Below are positions 28,403-36,211 of a DNA stretch of 49,716 nucleotides, one piece after another (the first letter of the stretch is position 1; each line of letters starts with the position of its first letter). The position numbers and the translations under genes were made by a program. Origin of the DNA: Thermodesulfobacteriota bacterium (GTDB lineage Bacteria > Desulfobacterota_D > UBA1144). The notes under the pieces are model-generated. The model made no database searches. It was not told the DNA's origin and worked only from the letters and a program-made list of their open reading frames with translations. Location of the stretch: contig JAYYZJ010000011.1 in assembly GCA_036340075.1 (NCBI GenBank), positions 1 through 49,716 of the forward strand, given 5' to 3'.

Positions 28403-29656
28403 ATGTTTTCATTTATATTCACATTGGTTTCTGCTCTTGCTATATCAGTTACGGGAGCATATTTTAGTATAATAGGTTTAGCTACAATATTTCCAGGCTC
28501 AAAAACGTCAGTTATTGTAATGGGTATTGTTTTAGAAATAGCTAAAATAGTCACAATTTTATGGTTACACAGGAATTGGAAAACAGCAAGTGTTATGCTG
28601 AAGCTTTATTTTAGCTTTGCTGTTTTGGTGTTAATGGGTATAACAAGCTTGGGAATTTTTGGATTTTTAAGTAGAGCTCATATAGAACATCAAAACTCAG
28701 CTAATCAAGAAATAGCTCAAATAGAGAATTTAGATTCAAGAATAGAAAAAGAAAAAGCTTTTATAAAACAATATGAAAGTTATTTAGCTGATATTAATTC
28801 TAAATCAGATGACTCTTCAGATAAATCTTTTGATGAAATTAAAAGGTCTCAAGAAAGGCTGAAGGAAATATCAGACAAATTAGAAAAGCAAGTTGCATTA
28901 GAAACTGAAAGAGTTAAAGATTTTGAATATAAAAAGTCTGAATTAGATAAGGAATTAAATTTATTAGAAAAAAGCTCTGGAGGATTATTCTCAAATAAAA
29001 AGAAAAAAATAGAAGAGTTAAATGCTAAACAAGCTGAAGAGAGAAAAAATATCGCTACAAAAATTGCCTTTCATGAAAATAACATAAAAGAATTTAGAAA
29101 AAAACATGATGCAGAATATGAAAAAATTACAAATTTTATAGATTCTTTAAGGGGCAAAAATGAATTAGCTGACGAAAATATTGAAAGTAAAGTTGAGGAT
29201 TATAATAATAAAATAAAAGACTCTATGATTTCCATACAAACTATGGAAATAGAAAAAACAAAATACGGAGAAAAGATAAGATCTATAGAAGCTGAAATAG
29301 GTCCGTTAAAATATGTAATAGGAGTAATTTCAGATATTACAGGAAGAGAATTAGATCCTGATCAAGCAGTAAGAATAGTAATTATTATTATAATGTTAGT
29401 TTTTGATCCTTTAGCTATATTACTATTGGTTGCAGCTCAAACAACTTACTTTAAGTATAAATCTAAAATAGAATCATCTTTTCTAAACATGAAGGATCAC
29501 ATCTTATATAAGACTGCTAAAGCTTCTCAGCAAGACCCGAATGCTTTACATAAATTAAATAAGGGAGATATAAATGTTAGGCTTGAAGAGTACGAAGTAA
29601 ATGTAAAGAAACAGGAGGATACTCAAAATTCAAACTCTTCTTCGAAGGAAGAGTAA
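28403..29656 (+). CDS. Membrane-anchored coiled-coil protein
   Basis: Three N-terminal TM helices, about 220 aa of coiled coil, then a TM segment IIMLVFDPLAILLLVAA. Confidence 0.8.
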   Translation: MFSFIFTLVSALAISVTGAYFSIIGLATIFPGSKTSVIVMGIVLEIAKIVTILWLHRNWKTASVMLKLYFSFAVLVLMGITSLGIFGFLSRAHIEHQNSANQEIAQIENLDSRIEKEKAFIKQYESYLADINSKSDDSSDKSFDEIKRSQERLKEISDKLEKQVALETERVKDFEYKKSELDKELNLLEKSSGGLFSNKKKKIEELNAKQAEERKNIATKIAFHENNIKEFRKKHDAEYEKITNFIDSLRGKNELADENIESKVEDYNNKIKDSMISIQTMEIEKTKYGEKIRSIEAEIGPLKYVIGVISDITGRELDPDQAVRIVIIIIMLVFDPLAILLLVAAQTTYFKYKSKIESSFLNMKDHILYKTAKASQQDPNALHKLNKGDINVRLEEYEVNVKKQEDTQNSNSSSKEE

Positions 29657-30126
29657 GAATCTTCATCTGTATCGAACTCTCCAGAGTCTACACTTTCAGT
29701 AGGTTCAACCTTAGAATCTTCATTGTTCTCTGATTGCTTTTTTGGTGGCCTACCCCTTTTTTTAGATTTTTCGGATTGACTATTTTCTGAATCAAACTTG
29801 GGTCCAAATTGAACTTTACCACAATACCCATCTACATTTATTGTAACACTATTACAAGAAACTTCTTCGCCATTAGCTAATGTTTTTGTATATTGCTTTG
29901 GCATTACAGATGCATTTGTAAGAAATACTTGAGAACCCTTTTTTAACATCATGCATTTTTCGCCTTCCTTACCCCAAACGTCTACGTAAAAAAACAAAGC
30001 AGTTTCATTATGAGGATTGTTTACTGCAATTCTAAATTTACAAACTTTGTTCTTTCCTGCGTTTTTCAATTCTGGATCAGCAACTAAGTTGCCTATACAA
30101 TCAAATTTATTTAAGTAAAAAGCCAT
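29623..30126 (-). CDS. ssb: Single-stranded DNA-binding protein
   Basis: LNKFDCIGNLVADPEL...KFRIAVN...VDVWG...KKGSQV OB-fold signature; acidic tail ending in F. Confidence 0.85.
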   Translation of the reverse strand: MAFYLNKFDCIGNLVADPELKNAGKNKVCKFRIAVNNPHNETALFFYVDVWGKEGEKCMMLKKGSQVFLTNASVMPKQYTKTLANGEEVSCNSVTINVDGYCGKVQFGPKFDSENSQSEKSKKRGRPPKKQSENNEDSKVEPTESVDSGEFDTDEDSYSSFEEEFEF

Positions 30127-30127
30127 A

Positions 30128-30697
30128 TTATTTTTCCTTTCTTATTTTTTTTAAGTATTTGTTATGTATGTTTATGCATCCTTGTACGCTTAAATTTAAA
30201 TCTTCATCCGTACAAACATCTTTCCAAGGCATTACGTTGTTATTTTTACCTTCGAGATATCTAAGTTTAAATATTTTATAAATTCTTTCATCTTTTTCTT
30301 TTTTTATCATTTCCATAGCTTCAAAAACTGAAGAGTAATCTGTTTTTAATTCATTGTCTGAACAATTATATATTATTTGGTCTGGGCAATTTATCTCGCA
30401 GCAGTTTAAATGTTTGTGGTAACTGTTTATGCACATCCATTTTATTCTATTTCCAAGATATGTACTGAATTTAGTTTTTTTGTTTTCATCAAAATCTAAA
30501 ATAATCTGGTATATATAATAATCTTTATCTTTAAAAAAGTCAAGTCTTTTTTCTTTAAATTTTTTAGAAATATATTTAGAAGCCATTTTAAAAAAAATGC
30601 CTGAATGCCTGTCTGATATTTCTTGATAGTTTTGGGAGAGATTCTTACCTGCCTTAATTTCTTTTATAATTTCGTTATCTGATCTTGAGTCTTTCAT
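30128..30697 (-). CDS. Phage-encoded sigma70-family RNA polymerase sigma factor
   Basis: Region 2 DFDENKKTKFSTYLGNRIKW; region 4-like ERIYKIFKLRY...PWKDV...LNLSVQGCINIHNKYLKKIR. Confidence 0.7.
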   Translation of the reverse strand: MKDSRSDNEIIKEIKAGKNLSQNYQEISDRHSGIFFKMASKYISKKFKEKRLDFFKDKDYYIYQIILDFDENKKTKFSTYLGNRIKWMCINSYHKHLNCCEINCPDQIIYNCSDNELKTDYSSVFEAMEMIKKEKDERIYKIFKLRYLEGKNNNVMPWKDVCTDEDLNLSVQGCINIHNKYLKKIRKEK

Positions 30698-31244
30698 TTA
30701 TAAATCCGTCGATAAAGGGTTTTCCGAGATCAATGTTATTAGCAAAATCACCCCAAGATATTACATAATTTGCATTATTTTTTAATAAAGGGGTGTTTTT
30801 TTCTTCTTCTTCATTTGCAGGTTCGAATCCAAAGCGTTCTATGTGAACATTTATACAATTTTCAAACTTATCTAAAAAGTAATTTTGTTCATTAGGGTAT
30901 CGAGCATCTGTTATAACAGTTATAGTTTTACTATCAAGATTTGCTGATTCAATTTTTTTAAAAAGTTTTTTAATCCATATTTCCTTGTCAAGTCTTCTGG
31001 CAACATGCGTTCCATAAGAAACCATTAATGGTCTAATAATTTCCTTTTGATCATTTGTGCAATTAAATGGATCTATATTAAAATTATCCATAAGTAATGG
31101 TTTTAAGTCTTCTTTAATTTGATCTGCAAAAGCAAATCTATAAGCTTTAAACTCTATAGGTAGGGACTCTTTTAGTAGATTAAAAAAAGTATCTTTACCT
31201 GCCCTTGCTACTCCTGATACTAATATAACTGTTCCTTTATTCAT
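30675..31244 (-). CDS. Deoxynucleoside monophosphate kinase (T4 gp1-like)
   Basis: P-loop SGVARAGKDT, FAFADQIK, VITDARYPNE. Start placed at ATG 31244, just after the upstream stop. Confidence 0.85.
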   Translation of the reverse strand: MNKGTVILVSGVARAGKDTFFNLLKESLPIEFKAYRFAFADQIKEDLKPLLMDNFNIDPFNCTNDQKEIIRPLMVSYGTHVARRLDKEIWIKKLFKKIESANLDSKTITVITDARYPNEQNYFLDKFENCINVHIERFGFEPANEEEEKNTPLLKNNANYVISWGDFANNIDLGKPFIDGFINERLKIR

Positions 31245-31245
31245 A

Positions 31246-31542
31246 TTATTCTGGTAGTATTTTCTTAAATTTTTTGGATAAATCATGCATACCAATATCT
31301 GATAGCACCATTGCTGTAGAATAGACTTTAGAGTGCTCTTCGGAGAAATTTATTGAATAATTAGTCATGTCAATTACAATTATAGCTGGAGATAGTTGAA
31401 GAAATTTTCCATATTCTTTAAACATTTTTTCAAGAGCTTGGGATACAGCTTTATCGAAAGATGAAGAAATTATGACAATTTCCCAATTCGCTGATGTTAT
31501 AAAATAACTATTAGTTATATCGTCTTCTTTAATTCTATTCAT
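31246..31542 (-). CDS. Hypothetical protein
   Basis: ORF heading the minus-strand operon. ATG 31542 preferred because the TTG at 31557 overlaps the -10 box. Confidence 0.7.
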   Translation of the reverse strand: MNRIKEDDITNSYFITSANWEIVIISSSFDKAVSQALEKMFKEYGKFLQLSPAIIVIDMTNYSINFSEEHSKVYSTAMVLSDIGMHDLSKKFKKILPE

Positions 31543-31556
31543 ATAGTTTAAATTCA

Positions 31557-31585
31557 ATCATAACATATTATACAAATTAAGTCAA
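31557..31585 (-). promoter_or_regulatory. Sigma70-type promoter with extended -10
   Basis: Minus strand TTGACT-17 nt-TATGAT with TGn before the -10. Confidence 0.8.
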
Positions 31586-31623
31586 ATAAAAAAAGTAAAA
31601 ACAATATTTTAAGTTAATTTTAT

Positions 31624-31628
31624 GTGTA
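31624..31628 (+). promoter_or_regulatory. GTGTA motif, putative late promoter
   Basis: TATGTGTATT upstream of 31672. Confidence 0.45.
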
Positions 31629-31671
31629 TTTATGTTTAGCAAAGCTTACTAAATAGATTAATATTTTTATA

Positions 31672-32658
31672 ATGACTTTAAAGACTTCAGTAATCACAAC
31701 TATCAATAACTTGGATGATACATTTATTGAAGATTTCATAGATAAGGGATACAACTGCATAGTAGTTGGAGATAAAAAAACAAACTCAGAAACATACAAA
31801 AATAAACAGTCTTTACTTTATGTGGGCGCTAGCTGTGACTTATTCCCACAATTATCAAAATCTCTACCACACAACCATTATTGCAGAAAAAATCTGGGCT
31901 ATCTACATGCAATTAAACAAGGGTTTGAATCTATTGTCGACACAGATGATGATAATTTTCTAAAAGATGATATTTATAATTGGAAGAAACTGAAACATTC
32001 CTTAGTTATAGGACCAAGCCTACCAAACACACTTAAACATTTTTCAGATTCACACATATGGGCAAGAGGATACCCACTAGAGCTTATTCATTCAGAGAAC
32101 GCCCCTATTCTCAAACAAGCCAACGAAGAAAATCTGAATAAAGTTGGAATCATTCAAAGTCTTGTAGATGGTGACCCAGATGTAGATTCTATCTTTCGAC
32201 TAACCTCTAAGGAATATACAAACAACTTTAAATTTCAACCAGGAAAAAGTTGCATCATGAATCAAGGAATATATTCTCAAGGTAACACACAAGCGGCTTT
32301 ATGGATAAACCCGCAATTGTTTCATTTGCTATATATACCTGTTACGGTTCCATTTCGGTTTTGCGACATATTAAAAATGTATGTAGCGCAAAGATGTATG
32401 TGGGAATACGGGTTGACGCTTGCAATAACTTCTCCGTTTTTTCATCAATCAAGAAATGCTCACAATTACATGAAAGATTTTGAGTCAGAGGTGAGTATGT
32501 ATAAATGCTTACATAAATTAGCATCCAACATTCTGCCTTCAATAAAATTAAAAGGAGATGTAGATGATATAGTTAGAGTTTATGAGGTCCTTAAGAAAGA
32601 AAACATCGTACAAGATGATGAACTAATAACATTAAAACTATTTTTAAGTCAATTATAA
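31672..32658 (+). CDS. STELLO-like (DUF288, GT75-related) glycosyltransferase
   Basis: VVGDKKT, RKNLGYLHAI, DTDDDN, WARGYP, DPDVDSIFRL, FRFCDI, DFESEV. Confidence 0.8.
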   Translation: MTLKTSVITTINNLDDTFIEDFIDKGYNCIVVGDKKTNSETYKNKQSLLYVGASCDLFPQLSKSLPHNHYCRKNLGYLHAIKQGFESIVDTDDDNFLKDDIYNWKKLKHSLVIGPSLPNTLKHFSDSHIWARGYPLELIHSENAPILKQANEENLNKVGIIQSLVDGDPDVDSIFRLTSKEYTNNFKFQPGKSCIMNQGIYSQGNTQAALWINPQLFHLLYIPVTVPFRFCDILKMYVAQRCMWEYGLTLAITSPFFHQSRNAHNYMKDFESEVSMYKCLHKLASNILPSIKLKGDVDDIVRVYEVLKKENIVQDDELITLKLFLSQL

Positions 32659-32663
32659 GTGTA
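32659..32663 (+). promoter_or_regulatory. GTGTA motif, putative late promoter
   Basis: AAGTGTATA in the 17-nt gap before ATG 32676. Confidence 0.5.
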
Positions 32664-32675
32664 TATGTATAAGAT

Positions 32676-33527
32676 ATGAATTTAAAAGTAATACTCATGA
32701 CAAAAGACGACAAGGAACTGATTGAGCCTTGGTTATTATATCATGGAGAACGAGTGGGTTATGAAAATCTACATATAGTTGATGATAGCACGGATCTCGA
32801 TATAATTAATTTTTATAAAAATCACGCGCACTTAAATTTCAATTTACATAGAGATTTAAGTGGACATCGAAACTTAAATAACATGGAGGGTTGTTTTGCA
32901 GAAATACAAAAATCTATATCAGAGAACGATGTTTATTTTTTGAAAATGGATACAGATGAATTTCTTGTTCATATTGAAGATGAAAAAATATCATGTGATA
33001 TAAGTCAAGTAAAGAAGGCTATAGATATTGAAAATGAAAATTTTTCTATTCCAAACGATTTTATAAATGCAAAATTAGATTATTTAAAATCAAAAAACAC
33101 TAACTTACTTGAAGGGTTACATTTCTATTGTAATAAACGAGGCAATTACAAAAGGACATTCTCAAAGTCTGAACATATAAATCTTGGAGGTCATGTAAAA
33201 TCTCTTACAAACAAAAGCAAGAATTTAAACGTATTACACTTTAGGTACAAAAGGTTTGAAGATCATTTTGATCTTGCTAAGAAAGTATGTGTATCCCATA
33301 ATTATATAAATGAATACGATGATGATCAAACTATAATAAAAAAATTATCAGTATTTAGCGGTCCTTCTTGCAATTCTAATCATAAATCAAAATTCGTGCA
33401 TGATTCTTTATTACATAAAGATTTTAAAGAAAAATACTATCAAGAACACAATAATAAATCTCAAGTTATATTTTATGATGGTTTGCATAATTGGTATAAA
33501 GAAAAGAGTGATCAATTAGCATTGTAA
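32676..33527 (+). CDS. GT2-like glycosyltransferase (Glyco_tranf_2_4 type)
   Basis: MTKDD...WLLYH...IVDDSTD...MDTDEFL...LHF. Confidence 0.75.
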   Translation: MNLKVILMTKDDKELIEPWLLYHGERVGYENLHIVDDSTDLDIINFYKNHAHLNFNLHRDLSGHRNLNNMEGCFAEIQKSISENDVYFLKMDTDEFLVHIEDEKISCDISQVKKAIDIENENFSIPNDFINAKLDYLKSKNTNLLEGLHFYCNKRGNYKRTFSKSEHINLGGHVKSLTNKSKNLNVLHFRYKRFEDHFDLAKKVCVSHNYINEYDDDQTIIKKLSVFSGPSCNSNHKSKFVHDSLLHKDFKEKYYQEHNNKSQVIFYDGLHNWYKEKSDQLAL

Positions 33528-33697
33528 CATAATTTACGAAAAATTCAAATCAAAAATTTGAAAAATGTTTTTTTCGTTTATAATTCTTATTGATATATAT
33601 AACACTTATGATAACTTTTATATATAAATATTAATAATATTATAATATATATATAATTATGTGTAATTATCAACTTATTAACAAATCAATTTTTTCC

Positions 33698-33726
33698 TTG
33701 AAAATATTCATGAAATTTGTTATGAT
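33698..33726 (+). promoter_or_regulatory. Sigma70-type promoter of nrdA
   Basis: TTGAAA-17 nt-TATGAT with TGn extended -10, 12 nt before the ATG. Confidence 0.75.
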
Positions 33727-33738
33727 ACAATCACAATT

Positions 33739-36171
33739 ATGAAAGTTAAGAAAAGAAATGGAAGATTAGAAAATTTTGAGAGCGACAAGATTAATGCAAG
33801 CGCGCAAAGAGCCTGTGAAAATATAGAAGATGTTTCAGCTAGTGAAATAGTACTAGATGCACAACTCCAACTTTTTGACAAAATAAAAACGAAAGAAATA
33901 GATTCTGCTTTAATACTTTCAGCTAGAGAAAAAATAGAGAAAGAGCCAAATTATTCATTAGCCGCTGCAAGAATTCTCTTAAACTGTCTTTACAAAGAAG
34001 TATTCAAGGAGGGTGTAGACTCAGATACTTTTAAGCTTCAATACAGGAAATCCTTTATACAAAACATAAAAAAATTAGTTAAAGCAAACAGGTTAGACCA
34101 AAGGCTTTTAGAGTTCGATTTAATTAAATTATCCGAAGCTATTAAAATCCGCAGAGATTTAAAATTTAAATACCTAGGAATACAAATTCTTACTGATAGA
34201 TACTTCTTGAGAGTTGACGGAAAATGTATGGAAGCTCCTCAAAGTTTTTGGATGAGAGTAGCTATGGGCTTAGCTATTAACGAAAAAGATAAAAACGAAA
34301 AAGCTATTGAGTTCTACAACTTAATAAGTAATATGCTATACACCCCATCAACCCCCACTCTTTTCAATAGTGGAACTACCCACTCTCAATTAAGCTCTTG
34401 CTACCTTAATACCTTCGACGATAGTATTGACGGCATATTTGATGGAGCTTGGCAAGAAGCTAGAAAATCTAAATTTGCTGGAGGGTTAGGGCTAGATGTT
34501 ACACCTTTCAGATCAACAGGATCTCATATTGTAGGGACTAACGGAATCTCAAGCGGGTTAATACCTTGGCTTAAAATTTACAATGATCTCTTAATTGCAG
34601 TAAATCAAGGAGGAAAAAGACCAGGTGCAGGATGCGCTTATTTAGAACCTTGGCATCTAGACTTCGAAGACTTCCTAAATTTGAGAAGGAATACGGGTGA
34701 CGACAGACTTAGATGTCATGACATGAATACAGCTTCTTGGATTCCAGATGAATTTATGCGCCGCGTACAAAACCAAGAAGATTGGTATTTCTTTGACCCG
34801 AAAGATGCAGAGCTACATGATCTTTTTGGTAAAGAATTTGATTACGCCTACAACGCATTAATTGATCTTGCTGAAAATGGTCACATAGATAATTGGCGAA
34901 AAATGCCAGCTAAAGAACTATGGAAAAAAATGTTAAAAGTTCTTTTTGAAACCTCTCACCCTTGGAACACATTTAAAGACCCTTGTAATATTCGCTATAC
35001 CAATCAACATGAAGGTGTTGTTCATAGCTCAAATCTTTGCACTGAAATTACTCTTCATACCAAAGCGTCAAAATACAAAAGCGGAGAAAAAATAGAAATT
35101 GGAGAAACTGCGGTTTGTAATCTTGGTTCAATTAATTTAGTTAATCACATACATGATGGAGACCTAGATTATAACCTCCTAGAAGCAAGTATTCATACAG
35201 CGATAAGAATGCTTGACAACGTAATTGACATCAATTTTTACCCTACTAAAGAAGCTGAAAACTCTAACCTTAAAAATAGACCTATCGGTTTAGGCATGAT
35301 GGGTATACATGATATCCTCCACATTAAAAATATAAACATTGATAGTGATGAAGCGATAAAATTCAATGATAAACTTTTTGAGTTCTATTCAATGAATGCA
35401 ATTTACGCAAGTTCCAAATTAGCTGAAGAAAGAGGTTCCTACGAAACCTACGAAGGCTCACTTTGGAGCCAAGGAGTTTTTCCAATCGATTCTTACAATA
35501 ACTTAATGGTCTACAAAGGTAAACAAGAAGTTCCCAAAGAATCGGTAACCAATAAACCTTTAACTGGTTCTGGTCAAACTCTCAAAGATTGGGCTGAAGT
35601 AAGAATACATGTAAATGAACATGGAATGAGAAATTCTAATGTTATGGCTATAGCTCCAACTGCTACAATTGGATACATCAATGGAGTAGAGCAAAGCATA
35701 GAACCTAATTTCTCAGTTCTTTTTGTTTATGAAAATAAAAGTGGAAACTTTTATATAACAAACCCTCATTTCGTTAAAGATATGAAAGATAGAAACCTTT
35801 GGAATTCTGAAATTTCATCTTTTATAAAAAGCATAGATGGAGATTTATCTTTAGCTGATGGTAATATTCCAGACGATTTAAAAGAGAAATATAAAACGGC
35901 TTTTGATAGAGATATGTTTAAATTAATTGAATCTACTGCTGTTCGCCAAAAATGGGTAGATCAAGCAATTAGTTTTAATTTGTATAATAAAAGCACTTCT
36001 TTAAAATATTTAAATGATATCTATATGGCTTGCTGGGAATCAGGATTAAAGACAACTTATTATTTAAGAAATAGAGCTGCTAGTAAAATTGAAAAATCAG
36101 ATCAAGAACAACCATCTGCTTGCAGCCTTGAAGCTAGAGCTAATGGAGAAACTTGCGAAAGTTGTCAATAA
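33739..36171 (+). CDS. nrdA: Ribonucleoside-diphosphate reductase class Ia alpha subunit with ATP cone
   Basis: VKKRNG ATP cone, TPTLFNSG, SSCYL, SNLCTEI, VCNLGSINL, APTAT, KTTYYLR, C-terminal CESCQ. Confidence 0.97.
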   Translation: MKVKKRNGRLENFESDKINASAQRACENIEDVSASEIVLDAQLQLFDKIKTKEIDSALILSAREKIEKEPNYSLAAARILLNCLYKEVFKEGVDSDTFKLQYRKSFIQNIKKLVKANRLDQRLLEFDLIKLSEAIKIRRDLKFKYLGIQILTDRYFLRVDGKCMEAPQSFWMRVAMGLAINEKDKNEKAIEFYNLISNMLYTPSTPTLFNSGTTHSQLSSCYLNTFDDSIDGIFDGAWQEARKSKFAGGLGLDVTPFRSTGSHIVGTNGISSGLIPWLKIYNDLLIAVNQGGKRPGAGCAYLEPWHLDFEDFLNLRRNTGDDRLRCHDMNTASWIPDEFMRRVQNQEDWYFFDPKDAELHDLFGKEFDYAYNALIDLAENGHIDNWRKMPAKELWKKMLKVLFETSHPWNTFKDPCNIRYTNQHEGVVHSSNLCTEITLHTKASKYKSGEKIEIGETAVCNLGSINLVNHIHDGDLDYNLLEASIHTAIRMLDNVIDINFYPTKEAENSNLKNRPIGLGMMGIHDILHIKNINIDSDEAIKFNDKLFEFYSMNAIYASSKLAEERGSYETYEGSLWSQGVFPIDSYNNLMVYKGKQEVPKESVTNKPLTGSGQTLKDWAEVRIHVNEHGMRNSNVMAIAPTATIGYINGVEQSIEPNFSVLFVYENKSGNFYITNPHFVKDMKDRNLWNSEISSFIKSIDGDLSLADGNIPDDLKEKYKTAFDRDMFKLIESTAVRQKWVDQAISFNLYNKSTSLKYLNDIYMACWESGLKTTYYLRNRAASKIEKSDQEQPSACSLEARANGETCESCQ

Positions 36172-36194
36172 ACCTAGATTTTTCATTGTTTTAT

Positions 36195-36199
36195 GTGTA
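36195..36199 (+). promoter_or_regulatory. GTGTA motif, putative late promoter
   Basis: TATGTGTAA, 12 nt before ATG 36212. Confidence 0.5.
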
Positions 36200-36211
36200 A
36201 ATTAGCTCTAG

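Noticed and set aside
33600..33738. NrdR box upstream of nrdA
   Set aside because: No convincing match to the acaCwAtATaTwGtgt palindrome; the region is just AT-rich
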